A stretch of DNA of 54,307 nucleotides from Christensenellales bacterium. GTDB taxonomy: Bacteria; Bacillota; Clostridia; Christensenellales; SZUA-584. How positions within the stretch are numbered: position 1 is the first letter of the stretch; each line of letters opens with the position of its first letter. This document shows, piece by piece, positions 16,503 through 26,106 of this stretch. The notes beneath the pieces are model-generated. The model was not told the DNA's origin, made no database searches, and worked only from the letters and a program-made list of their open reading frames with translations. The translations under genes were made by a program, and so were the position numbers. The DNA lies in the NCBI GenBank assembly GCA_050943215.1, contig JBMNOU010000006.1, positions 1-54,307 of the forward strand, given 5' to 3'.

Positions 16503-17111
16503 ATGAATAGAATTAGGGAACTAAGAATTTACAATGGTTTATCGCAGGACGCCCTTGCGAAAATATTAAATGTGCATCAAACGGCCGTGAGCCAATGGGA
16601 AAAAGGCCGCACAACGCCGGATATCGAAGTGCTGCCAAAGATAGCTCAGCATTTTAATGTGAGTGTTGACTATTTGCTTGGAATAGAAACTTCTAATAGT
16701 ACTCATTTAAACAAAGGAGTTAAAATACCCGTCCTAGGTCATATTGCTGCTGGCATCCCGATCGATGCTATTGAGGATATTCTTAACTATGAGGAAATCT
16801 CTGCCGAGTGGACAAAAGGCGGATCCGAGTTTTTTGGATTCAAGGTAAAAGGCTCCAGCATGGAGCCTCGCATCCAAGAGGGCGATGTTGTCATTGTGCG
16901 CAAGCAGCCGGACGTGGAAAGTGGAGATATTGCAGCCGTAATTATTAACGGTGAAAATGCAACGGTTAAAAAAGTAATAAAGCATGATGATGCCTTGTTC
17001 CTAGTTTCGATCAATCCGGCTTATACGCCGATGTACTATACAGCAAAGGAAATTAAATCGTTACCGGTGCAGATCCTCGGCAAAGTTGTGGAGCTGAGGG
17101 GGAAGTTTTAA
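16503..17111 (+). CDS. CI-like repressor, XRE HTH plus S24 autopeptidase
   Basis: HTH; IAAG cleavage site; GSSMEP catalytic Ser; ATVKK catalytic Lys; ILGKV. Confidence 0.95.
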   Translation: MNRIRELRIYNGLSQDALAKILNVHQTAVSQWEKGRTTPDIEVLPKIAQHFNVSVDYLLGIETSNSTHLNKGVKIPVLGHIAAGIPIDAIEDILNYEEISAEWTKGGSEFFGFKVKGSSMEPRIQEGDVVIVRKQPDVESGDIAAVIINGENATVKKVIKHDDALFLVSINPAYTPMYYTAKEIKSLPVQILGKVVELRGKF

Positions 17112-17134
17112 ACATAAAAAGGGGGAATGGCTTT

Positions 17135-17560
17135 ATGGAAGAGAAAATCATTGACAGGGCTAACCCGTCTCTTGTTTTTATTTCTGTTTTTGTCGGGATG
17201 ATCATTTTTGCTGTCACGTATATTTTGGTGTTTTTGTTGTCCTCTTTGATAGCATATCTTGTAATCCAAGTGGGAATACTACGCTTTCTATTAAGCTTTA
17301 TTACTGGCGGATATGTAGACTATCCGATTTGCTTAATAAGCGCCATTTTATCATATGCTCTTATAGTTTTCTTGCTAGAAAAAATTAATAATGGTGACCC
17401 AAGATCGGAAAAGATGTCGCTTCGTATCTTAGGAATAGCAATCGTTTTGATTCATGTTGTCTTTTTAGTTTTAAATATTATTTATGGTAATTTTATAGGA
17501 TCAAACATCGCACAATTAATTGTTGGACTGGTTTTAATATACAAGTCCACAAAACTCTAG
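17135..17560 (+). CDS. Multi-TM phage membrane protein
   Basis: About four hydrophobic segments; lies between repressor and integrase. Confidence 0.75.
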   Translation: MEEKIIDRANPSLVFISVFVGMIIFAVTYILVFLLSSLIAYLVIQVGILRFLLSFITGGYVDYPICLISAILSYALIVFLLEKINNGDPRSEKMSLRILGIAIVLIHVVFLVLNIIYGNFIGSNIAQLIVGLVLIYKSTKL

Positions 17561-17568
17561 GATCGACT

Positions 17569-18627
17569 ATGCCTAAAGCAAAAATGCTCCCGTCCGGAAA
17601 CTGGCGTGTCCAAGTGTTTATCGGGTATAAAATCAACGATTCCGGAAAAAAAACAAAATGCTATAAGTCCTTCACTCATCCGTCTAAAACAGAGGCCGAG
17701 TATCTTGCCGTGCAATACAAACGAGAGAATGACGATATTGCAACCGTATATGATATCACCGTCCGAGAAGCTATGAATAATTACGTGAAATCCAGAACAA
17801 ACATCCTGTCTCCGACTACAATTCAAGGTTATGAGCAGATCATCCGGAACCATATGAAAAATATTATGGATATCAAGATCAACAAGCTCACACAGCAGCA
17901 AATCCAGCAGGCTATTAATGCAGACGCCAAAAATTTATCCGCTAAAACAATAAAAAACGCTCACGGCCTGTTGTCCGCCGTGCTCAAGCTATATCGGCCA
18001 AACTTGAGACTGACAACGTCGATGCCAAAAGAAAAAAAGAAGCTCAAGGAACTGCCGTCTCCGCAGAAATTGTTTGACGCTGTAAAAGGAACCAAGATTG
18101 AACTTCCTGTTCTGCTGGCCATGTGGCTGTCTTTTTCTATGTCTGAAATCCGAGGAATAAAAAAGAGCGATATAAAAGATGGCGTATTAACACTTAACAG
18201 ATCGATCGTTGATATTAAAGGAAAACCGATTGAGAAAAATGAAATGAAAGAGTATGAACGCACTCGCAAGCTCGAGATCCCGCCGTACATTATGAGCCTA
18301 ATAGAGAAATGCGAAGGGGAATATATCACAACACTGACAGGACAAGCAATTTACAAGCGCTGGACGCGCTTGCTTAAAAAAAACGGCATACCTCATATCA
18401 CATTTCACGACTTGCGCCATGTCAACGCATCCGTCATGCACCTGCTCGACATACCGGATAAGTATGCTATGGAACGCGGCGGATGGAAAACAGACAAAAC
18501 GATGAAGGCTGTTTATCAAAATGTTTTCTCTGACGAACGGATAAATGTTGATAAAAAAATAAACGAATATTTTGAAGGTTTTATACAAAATGAAGATACC
18601 GTATCACACGAAATATCACACGAATAA
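17569..18627 (+). CDS. int: Tyrosine recombinase / phage integrase
   Basis: LSPTTI.GY, FHDLRH, GGW, catalytic Tyr in AVYQN; abuts tmRNA 3' end. Confidence 0.95.
   Translation: MPKAKMLPSGNWRVQVFIGYKINDSGKKTKCYKSFTHPSKTEAEYLAVQYKRENDDIATVYDITVREAMNNYVKSRTNILSPTTIQGYEQIIRNHMKNIMDIKINKLTQQQIQQAINADAKNLSAKTIKNAHGLLSAVLKLYRPNLRLTTSMPKEKKKLKELPSPQKLFDAVKGTKIELPVLLAMWLSFSMSEIRGIKKSDIKDGVLTLNRSIVDIKGKPIEKNEMKEYERTRKLEIPPYIMSLIEKCEGEYITTLTGQAIYKRWTRLLKKNGIPHITFHDLRHVNASVMHLLDIPDKYAMERGGWKTDKTMKAVYQNVFSDERINVDKKINEYFEGFIQNEDTVSHEISHE
18602..18624. repeat. Direct repeat, putative integrase arm sites
   Basis: TATCACACGAA at 18602 and 18614, close to the att core. Confidence 0.6.
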
Positions 18628-18656
18628 AAAATGTGCCCTATTATAGGCACATTTTT
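18626..18656. terminator. Bidirectional terminator between int and tmRNA
   Basis: AAAAAATGTGCC-ctattata-GGCACATTTTT hairpin with A/T tracts. Confidence 0.8.
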
Positions 18657-19014
18657 GGTGGAGGCGAGGGGAGTCGAACCCCTGTCCGAAAATCCCAGTT
18701 TTGGATCTTCTCCGGGTGCAGCACAGGTATTGAGATTTCCCGTTTGGCACGCCCCATGTGCAGGCTATGCCGCGCAGTAGCTTTATAACCCCTTCCTTTG
18801 CTCAAAGCTTTGCAAAGGCGGTTCCCCTAAAAAATGATGCCTTGGCCCGGTGCTTAGGGAGACACCGGCAAGACATTACACTGCCTTAAGCAGCGTAAGC
18901 TAGTTCAGTTTTATCTGCAACTAAATTTAAGTTCCGGCTTTTTTACGCAGCTTCCGGGACTGCGACCCGCTTATCCAATTCCGGCAACCCCCGTCGAAAG
19001 CCATATACGCCCCC
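18656..19014 (-). ncRNA. ssrA: tmRNA; tag peptide ADKTELAYAA (18918-18886)
   Basis: 5' GGGGGCG...TTCGAC; 3' GGTTCGACTCCCCTCGCCTCCACCA; tag ORF ends in YAA; downstream of smpB. Confidence 0.97.
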
Positions 19015-19063
19015 ATGACCACCCCGGTGAAATTATCCAAGTAACGTCACCGGTAATCCAAGG

Positions 19064-19522
19064 TTACCTCGCCATCTTTGTGGCTATCTCTTTTTTCCTC
19101 TGTGCGTCACGTTCCATAATATCTTGACGCTTATCATATAGTTTTTTGCCCCTTGCGGCCCCGATCTCTATTTTAACTATTCCCCTTTTTAAGTATACCG
19201 CGAGAGGCACCAACGTAAACCCTTTTTGAGCAACAAACGACATCAGTTTTATGATTTCCCTCTTATGCAGTAGCAGTTTTCTAACCCTCAACGGATCCTG
19301 ACTCCATACGCTGCCTTTCTCATAGGGACTGATGTGCATATTATGAATAAAAGCTTCGTTATCTTTTATCCGCACAAAAGCGTCTTTTATGTTGGCTTTT
19401 CCACTCCTGATCGATTTTACTTCACTACCCACAAGTACGATGCCGGCTTCATAAGTATCCTCTATAAAATATTCATGCCGGGCTTTTTTGTTTCTTATTA
19501 ATATTTTTACCGTTTCACTCAC
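19064..19522 (-). CDS. smpB: SsrA-binding protein
   Basis: [38 protein letters not shown]. Confidence 0.98.
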   Translation of the reverse strand: MSETVKILIRNKKARHEYFIEDTYEAGIVLVGSEVKSIRSGKANIKDAFVRIKDNEAFIHNMHISPYEKGSVWSQDPLRVRKLLLHKREIIKLMSFVAQKGFTLVPLAVYLKRGIVKIEIGAARGKKLYDKRQDIMERDAQRKKEIATKMAR

Positions 19523-19548
19523 AATACATACTCCCGGACATGATTATT

Positions 19549-21621
19549 CTATGCCGGCTCAAATTCAATGCGCGGTGGGTAAACGCTGACACCGGCTACG
19601 CGCACCCGAACCTCATCACCAAGGCTTATCTTACGCCCTTTGCGTTCTCCGATTACACAATATAATTTTTCATCGCATATATAGTAATCGTCCTGTAGGG
19701 ATGATAATGGTAGCACACCCTCAACCGTGTTGTCAAGCTCAACAAATATAACACTTTTTAAAACGCCGCTGACAATTCCATCGTATTCTTTGCCCTCTTT
19801 TCCAAGCATATATTCTGCTTTTTTCATGTCATCTACCATGCGTTCCGCATCCATCGCGGCTCTTTCCCTAATGCTGGATTGCCGCGCTATCTCATCAACT
19901 TTTTCCTCAAGCATATTTAAATGCTTAAGCGTAAGCCGTCCACCCAGATCAGCTTTTATAATTCGGTGCACGACAAGATCTGGATACCGTCTGATTGGCG
20001 AAGTAAAATGGCAATAATATTGAAAACTTAAGCCGAAATGCCCCTTGCATTCTGGAGAATACTCCGCTTTTTTTAGCGATCTTAACATGATCTGACTTAC
20101 GATGTTTTCGTGCGGAGTATCTTTTATTTCTTTCAATATGTTTTGCAGTACTTTTGGATGTATATGGCTAACCTTGCCCTTTATCTTTCCAAAGTTCGCA
20201 TAAAACACCGCAAACGCTTTTATTTTTTCATCGTCCGGCTGATCATGCACCCGGTAGATAAACGGTATCTCCCGCCAAAAATATTCTTCTGCTACAGTCA
20301 TGTTGGCTACCAGCATAAACTCCTCAATCAGCTTTTCTGCTTCGCCCCTATCTTTTGGCCTGACATCAATGACCCGGCCATGCTCATCAAATTTAAACGC
20401 CGTTTCTTCCAGTTCAAAATCGATACTGCCTTTTTCCTTACGTATTCCTCTAAGCAGTTTTGCTAGATTTTTCATTTCCATCAATTCTGCCAAGATATCG
20501 CTATACTTTTCTAACAGCTGCCTGTCTTTGCCATCAAAAATCGCGTTGACATCCGTATAGGTCATCCTATGCCTTGATTGAATCACACTCTTTACCAATC
20601 TGGAATTCTGAACTTTGCCATATTCGTCTATGGTCAAAATACAGGATAGTGCAAGCCTCTCTTCCCCTTTAGCCAGCGAACATATCCCGTTTGATAAAGA
20701 CTTAGGCAGCATAGGGATCACCATATCGGCAAGATAAATACTAGTGCCCCGCTTGAATGCCTCTTTGTCAAGTGCCGAGTCTTCCTTTACATAATGTGAT
20801 ACATCGGCAATATGAACGCCCAGCTCATAACCGCTTTCAAGTTTTTTAATGGACACTGCATCATCTAGGTCCTTCGCATCCTCCCCGTCTATTGTAAATA
20901 TCTTTTCGTTCCGAAAATCTTCTCTGTTTTTGAAAACGATCTTTGTCTGCGATACAACAGCAGCCTCTTTTTCGGCATCATCCGGGAATGCTTCGGGCAG
21001 ATGTAACCGTTTAATCAAACTCTTTACTTCAACATCGCTGATACCGGCAATCCCCAAGATCTCGGTAACGGTTCCCTCTGCGCAATTTTGTCCTTCCGCA
21101 CGTTTTTTCAAAGCAACGATTACTTTTTGCCCATCTTTTGCTCCACCAGCGCATTCCCGGGGAATAAATATGTCGTCAAGCCGTTCATCGTCGGGTATGA
21201 CAAATCTCGCCTTCATTGTACCGATAATCATCTTCTGATCGTTCTCTAAGATACGAACCACTTCGCCTTCCCTTTTTCTGTCGCTTTCTGCGGAAGATAA
21301 CAGCCGGACAACGACTAGGTCCTGATGCATCGCACCTTTCTTTTTATCCGCCGGAATAAAGATATCTCCGTCTTCGTCCGGTAAAAAGGCAAAGCCCTGA
21401 CGCTTGACGTCCAGTCTACCTGTATAAAAGCCATATTTTCCAGGCAAATACAGCTTTCCTTTTTTTGAAGTAAGTATTTTCCCTTGATTTACAAGCTCTT
21501 TTACGGCATTTCGCATCTCGATCGCGTTTTCAGCCAGTTTCATTTCGTCAATTAAATCGTTGTAATCAATTTTTTTATTATAAAATGACAGCGCCTTTAA
21601 TATGGTATCCTTTAAATCCAT
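19549..21621 (-). CDS. rnr: Ribonuclease R
   Basis: TIDGEDAKDLDDA, HIADVS, HFTSPIRRYPDL, C-terminal S1. Confidence 0.96.
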   Translation of the reverse strand: MDLKDTILKALSFYNKKIDYNDLIDEMKLAENAIEMRNAVKELVNQGKILTSKKGKLYLPGKYGFYTGRLDVKRQGFAFLPDEDGDIFIPADKKKGAMHQDLVVVRLLSSAESDRKREGEVVRILENDQKMIIGTMKARFVIPDDERLDDIFIPRECAGGAKDGQKVIVALKKRAEGQNCAEGTVTEILGIAGISDVEVKSLIKRLHLPEAFPDDAEKEAAVVSQTKIVFKNREDFRNEKIFTIDGEDAKDLDDAVSIKKLESGYELGVHIADVSHYVKEDSALDKEAFKRGTSIYLADMVIPMLPKSLSNGICSLAKGEERLALSCILTIDEYGKVQNSRLVKSVIQSRHRMTYTDVNAIFDGKDRQLLEKYSDILAELMEMKNLAKLLRGIRKEKGSIDFELEETAFKFDEHGRVIDVRPKDRGEAEKLIEEFMLVANMTVAEEYFWREIPFIYRVHDQPDDEKIKAFAVFYANFGKIKGKVSHIHPKVLQNILKEIKDTPHENIVSQIMLRSLKKAEYSPECKGHFGLSFQYYCHFTSPIRRYPDLVVHRIIKADLGGRLTLKHLNMLEEKVDEIARQSSIRERAAMDAERMVDDMKKAEYMLGKEGKEYDGIVSGVLKSVIFVELDNTVEGVLPLSSLQDDYYICDEKLYCVIGERKGRKISLGDEVRVRVAGVSVYPPRIEFEPA

Positions 21622-21767
21622 TGCATCTCCTGATTCCGCCCCAAAAACTCCGGAGCACTATTCCGGAAAAAAATAACGCCTTCCCCTTAAAAAATCTGGA
21701 AAGGCGTAACAGCGCTTCTTTACTTTGCAGCTTTCTAACTAATCTGCAGCCGATGTGCTATCCGCAT

Positions 21768-22148
21768 TTACCGGCCTATATCAGTATCCGTCTGGACCGC
21801 GGCAGTTATATCCACATTAGCCGTGCTATCCGGAACCTGCAAAGGCTCTGGTGTTGCTGATGCTTCAACTGCGGGCGTCGTGGGCTCTGTACCACTCGGC
21901 ATTATATAGACCTGAATAAAAACAAGCGCAACCGCCAATACCATGATACCAACAGCAGAAACCTTAGTCAGCTTTTTTAACGTACCCTCGTAGCCTTTCG
22001 CTTTACTTTTTCCAAGAAAAGATTCCGCTCCCCCGGCAATGTCTCCCGAAAGCCCGGCACTCTTGCCCGATTGCAGCAATACAACAGCCACCATAAACAG
22101 AGAAAATAAGCAAAGCAAAATTTCAATGACAAGTACTAAAGCGTCCAT
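21768..22148 (-). CDS. secG: Preprotein translocase SecG with extended C-terminal tail
   Basis: VLLQSGKSAGLSG.I.GGAE; upstream of rnr-smpB. Confidence 0.92.
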   Translation of the reverse strand: MDALVLVIEILLCLFSLFMVAVVLLQSGKSAGLSGDIAGGAESFLGKSKAKGYEGTLKKLTKVSAVGIMVLAVALVFIQVYIMPSGTEPTTPAVEASATPEPLQVPDSTANVDITAAVQTDTDIGR

Positions 22149-22301
22149 ATGACCTCCTAAAAACCTACAGCAGAGGTATTTTAACATGTGATGCAGTAAA
22201 AAGCAAGAAAAATATCTGGACCAACCTTTTAAAAAATAATGATGCCGCTGTGCTTATTTAACAAAGGTAAAAATTATTTATCTTAAAACAAAATCGGATA
22301 G

Positions 22302-22577
22302 CTATGCAAGAATGAGTTTCAAAACGAATAGCAGTATGATGCCCGGTATCCCAAAATATCCCGCTACCACCGTGCTTAAAGGGTTTATCGCAATTGTCAC
22401 AGAAAATAAACCGCCGATAAAGTTGATGAGCAAAAGAATTATACCGCCAAGAAATCCGCTGAGTACAAGTTTCAATATGATCTTTAAGGGGGCGAGAAGA
22501 AACCAGCCTGTGAAGTATAACAATACGAGACCGAGCGCGAAGAATAGTATTACCTGGAAGTCTATCCCCAGCCCCAT
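22302..22577 (-). CDS. bofA: Pro-sigmaK processing inhibitor BofA family
   Basis: IAINPLS....G.FGIPG motif; hydrophobic ~90 aa. Confidence 0.85.
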   Translation of the reverse strand: MGLGIDFQVILFFALGLVLLYFTGWFLLAPLKIILKLVLSGFLGGIILLLINFIGGLFSVTIAINPLSTVVAGYFGIPGIILLFVLKLILA

Positions 22578-22657
22578 ACAAACGCCCCCTAAAACACCAC
22601 CCCAAAAAGCCCTGACCCTTCGGGGAGCCCTTTAAAAAAACAGCACAGTATTAATAA

Positions 22658-22684
22658 ATACTATGCCTGAAAACTTTATTCTAT
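22658..22684 (-). promoter_or_regulatory. SigE-type promoter for bofA
   Basis: ATA-16-CATAGTAT on minus strand; bofA is sigE-controlled in B. subtilis. Confidence 0.5.
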
Positions 22685-22694
22685 AACCATTGTG

Positions 22695-23609
22695 CTATTC
22701 AATACCTAAAATGTCTTCTTCCCTTAAAACCATTGCTCCTTCGTTCCACATGCAGGCAATATGCCAGGCACTTTCCCCGAAATCAGTAATAACCGTTTCC
22801 TGCTGTCCGTCAACGGCTTTGCAGCAAAGGCTTTCCCCTTCAATATCACGGGTATAGTACATGCCTGACCGGTTGACGTTAAAGCCTTTGCATGGATATG
22901 ATATAACCGTTTCGATTTTTTGAAAATCAAGCTCCGTTTTCCTAATAAACCCGTTCGCGCTATCAATAAAATACACCACATTATCGGTTATATAGAACAT
23001 ATCGACGCTTTGATCGTACAAAACAGAGGGGCTGTCTCCGTTAATATGGGCACTGCAAATATATCCGCTGCTCGTATCCCGGTAATAAATTATATTGCCA
23101 TATACATTAAGGCAATCGGCGTTTTCTATCGTAGAAAAACCCGTTGACTGACCGTCAAGTGTTGCGCAATCTATGGCCCCGTCTTTGACATAGTACATCA
23201 GCGAATCGCTGATTTGAAGTAACGACACTTTTCCCGCTAGGATGCACGCCGGTTCGCGCGTATCCAGCGATGTTTTGTATATGCCGTCTTTTCTGCAGTA
23301 AAAAAGATATCCGTCGACAAGGTTCATATATAGACCACCCTTGTCGAGCACAAGGCTGCTTTCCCCGGTTTTAGGATCAGATCGCACCACGCTGCCGTAA
23401 TCATAAATATCCTGACCGGTGTAGACAAAAATGATATCATCTCCATCCTTTACCGCAAAACCGTAATTGAGTATGTTGCCTGTCGTTGTGCCATTGATAG
23501 CCGGTTCAGGTGTGCTATCCATCCCTGTTATGCCCTGCAGCAGAGAACATCCGCATAGCGCTGCTGCGGATGTAATCAGTATAAAAATCATAGCCAGTCT
23601 TTTTTTCAT
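22695..23609 (-). CDS. DUF5050-like beta-propeller lipoprotein
   Basis: LCGC lipobox; NGTTTGNILNYG; repeated IYY motifs. Confidence 0.7.
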   Translation of the reverse strand: MKKRLAMIFILITSAAALCGCSLLQGITGMDSTPEPAINGTTTGNILNYGFAVKDGDDIIFVYTGQDIYDYGSVVRSDPKTGESSLVLDKGGLYMNLVDGYLFYCRKDGIYKTSLDTREPACILAGKVSLLQISDSLMYYVKDGAIDCATLDGQSTGFSTIENADCLNVYGNIIYYRDTSSGYICSAHINGDSPSVLYDQSVDMFYITDNVVYFIDSANGFIRKTELDFQKIETVISYPCKGFNVNRSGMYYTRDIEGESLCCKAVDGQQETVITDFGESAWHIACMWNEGAMVLREEDILGIE

Positions 23610-23681
23610 TCACTTCCCTTTCCCAATATAGAAAAAACCGGCATTTGCATCCCGCAAATACCGGATAATTTCAAGCTTTTT

Positions 23682-24611
23682 TCACGCTTTTCCCGCACAT
23701 CCGAGAACATTTTCGATTTTGTTTTTAACAAGCTCTTTGATAGCCGCTCTTGCGGGTTTTAAATACTGTCTTGGGTCAAAGTGAGACGGATTCTCTGCAA
23801 GGTGTTTTCTGACCGTTGCCGTCATAGCCAACCGAAGATCCGAGTCAATGTTGATCTTACAGACCGCGCTATTGGCTGCTCTTCTCAGCATATCCTCAGG
23901 AACGCCCTTTGCACCTGGCATGTTTCCGCCGTATTTGTTGATCATATCAACAAAAGCCGGAATGACAGACGATGCGCCGTGAAGAACAATAGGGAATCCA
24001 GGTATCCTCTTTGAGACATCTTCAAGTATATCAAATCTCAGCTTAGCCTCGCCCTTAAACTTAAAGGCACCGTGGCTCGTACCAATTGCGATCGCCAAAG
24101 AATCAACTCCGGTTTTTTCCACAAATTCCTGAACCTCTTCGGGACGGGTATACGAAGCATCTTCTGAGGATACTTTTATATCATCCTCAACTCCCTCGAG
24201 CCGTCCAAGCTCCCCTTCAACAACAACGCCTCTTGCATGCGCGTATTCCACGACTTTTTTTGTCAGCGCAATATTCTCCTCAAACGGAAGATGAGATCCG
24301 TCTATCATGACCGATGTAAACCCACCATCAATGCAGTCCTTGCAGGTCTCAAACGAATCGCCGTGATCGAGATGCAGGCAAATGGGAAGACCTGTATCTT
24401 CAAGCGCAGCCTCAACCAGCTTTCTTAAATAAATCGGGCTTGCATATTGTCTCGCACCTTTTGAAACCTGAAGGATTAGCGGCGCATTGAGTTCTTTTGC
24501 GGCCTCCGTTATTCCCTGTACAATCTCCATGTTGTTTACGTTAAAAGCGCCGATAGCATAACCGCCGTCATACGCTTTTTTAAACATGTCTTTTGTTGTG
24601 ACTAATGGCAT
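23682..24611 (-). CDS. fba: Class II fructose-bisphosphate aldolase
   Basis: YAIGAFNVNN, HLDHG, GTSHG, VLHGASS. Confidence 0.97.
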   Translation of the reverse strand: MPLVTTKDMFKKAYDGGYAIGAFNVNNMEIVQGITEAAKELNAPLILQVSKGARQYASPIYLRKLVEAALEDTGLPICLHLDHGDSFETCKDCIDGGFTSVMIDGSHLPFEENIALTKKVVEYAHARGVVVEGELGRLEGVEDDIKVSSEDASYTRPEEVQEFVEKTGVDSLAIAIGTSHGAFKFKGEAKLRFDILEDVSKRIPGFPIVLHGASSVIPAFVDMINKYGGNMPGAKGVPEDMLRRAANSAVCKINIDSDLRLAMTATVRKHLAENPSHFDPRQYLKPARAAIKELVKNKIENVLGCAGKA

Positions 24612-24806
24612 TTTTCTTCCTCCTTATATATAAATATTAATTTTTCGTTTAAATCCTTTCGGTAAAGTATTATATATCATATTGTTGGCTAATAAAAGAG
24701 AAAAATTTCTCTAGCACAAACTTTTGTTGATTTTAAAGATGCCAATCCCGCCTTGCGATTGCCATTTGCACCAGGTATACTGTATAATATTTTTGGGGGT
24801 GGGCAA

Positions 24807-25217
24807 ATGCTGAGTATCGTTGTCATAGACGCCCAGGGCGGAGGTCTCGGTGCATCCATTGTAAAAAGGCTCTGCGAAAAATATGGTGGCCGGGTTAATA
24901 TACTTGCGCTTGGCACCAACGTAGTTGCTACGACAGCAATGAAAAAGAGCGGTGCGTCAGACTGCGCAACGGGCGAAAACGCAATCTGTTTTAACGTTAA
25001 AAATGCGGATGTTATCATCGGTGGTATAGGCATCATCGCAGCCAGCGGTATGATGGGTGAGATCACTCCGAAAATGGCTCAGGCCATTGCCGAGAGCAGC
25101 GCAACAAAAATCCTCATACCGATATCCAAATGCAACATCGTGATTGCGGGAACTGCAGACCTGCCCGCTAAAGATCTAATCGATCGAGCTACCGGCGCGA
25201 TTGCTTCATTACTATAA
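24807..25217 (+). CDS. DUF3842 family protein
   Basis: VIDAQGGGLG, ALGTN..AT.AM, ATGENA, GEITP.MA. Confidence 0.85.
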   Translation: MLSIVVIDAQGGGLGASIVKRLCEKYGGRVNILALGTNVVATTAMKKSGASDCATGENAICFNVKNADVIIGGIGIIAASGMMGEITPKMAQAIAESSATKILIPISKCNIVIAGTADLPAKDLIDRATGAIASLL

Positions 25218-26000
25218 CCCCATTATTTTGGTCTTTCTAAGTATTGCGTTATCGCAGCTATTTACCGCATCGGCTGTTGGAGCAATCACATAAATCATCA
25301 CCGTACAATCGTATTCATCAAAATATTTAGCATATATCCTGCCATACAGACTGATAAGCGCAAAATCCTCATCGGGCTTTTGCACCGGCGGACCGTATTG
25401 CAGATAGGCTGTTTTATTTTCTCTATAAATATGTGCGGCTCCGTTCGCCGTAATGAACGCGTCAATACGCGTCCACCCACTGCTGCCCGCATAATCAAGG
25501 TCCTTTTCGATGCAGCAGTCATTAACAGCAAATACCTGCTCGTTGCATCCAAAATTCTGCATTACAAGCTTAGTATAATCATACCGGACAGCAAGCGTCA
25601 CTTCTTTAAGATCAATATCACCATCCAAAAATCCAAAGACACCGCTGTTTTTCTTTACAGCATATGCGCCGTAAAACGAAGAATATTTGTCGCTTTGCCT
25701 TTGATAAATCAACGACGTCCGTGTGGCCGCGTCAAACGCGCCGAAGTTGTACATGATTGACATATCTGCATTGATTCCCGACCAGCCCGAAAAACCGTCT
25801 GCGTTATACGTCATAACAAAAGGATACCATCCGGGAGAGGACGGCATCTCGATTTGAAAGCCGTTTTTTCGCATCACGCTGTGTTTGCTATGCTGCCCCG
25901 AATAGATGCTCATCACAAGATAGCTTTGCAGGGCATAGAAAAACCAGAATACGCAAATTGCGCCAGCAGCCAATATTGATAAAATGATACACTTTTTCAT
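25212..26000 (-). CDS. Hypothetical membrane-anchored protein
   Basis: N-terminal TM/signal sequence; long ORF. Confidence 0.65.
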   Translation of the reverse strand: MKKCIILSILAAGAICVFWFFYALQSYLVMSIYSGQHSKHSVMRKNGFQIEMPSSPGWYPFVMTYNADGFSGWSGINADMSIMYNFGAFDAATRTSLIYQRQSDKYSSFYGAYAVKKNSGVFGFLDGDIDLKEVTLAVRYDYTKLVMQNFGCNEQVFAVNDCCIEKDLDYAGSSGWTRIDAFITANGAAHIYRENKTAYLQYGPPVQKPDEDFALISLYGRIYAKYFDEYDCTVMIYVIAPTADAVNSCDNAILRKTKIMGL

Positions 26001-26106
26001 AACAAACCCTTTATTTGAGGGCAAGAAAACACCCTTTGCCTTGCTTGCAAATAACATTGCTTAAAAGTATAATAAACCAAAATACGTCTTTCGCAAGGAG
26101 AATTTT

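Larger units (their letters stand above)
5538..18655. mobile_element. Defective, composite prophage at the tmRNA 3' end
   Basis: Integrase adjacent to tmRNA 3' end; repressors/cro, Bet, SSB, VRR-NUC, initiator, DnaC-like loader, terS; no structural or lysis genes; no second att copy seen. Confidence 0.92.

Noticed and set aside
16280-16510. 76-aa hydrophobic + strand ORF
   Set aside because: Shadow of the cro stump and AT-rich switch-2 operators; no RBS.
21768-21900. SecG C-terminal extension as a frameshift or fusion
   Set aside because: Low-complexity Pro/Thr/Ala tail; variable SecG tails are common.
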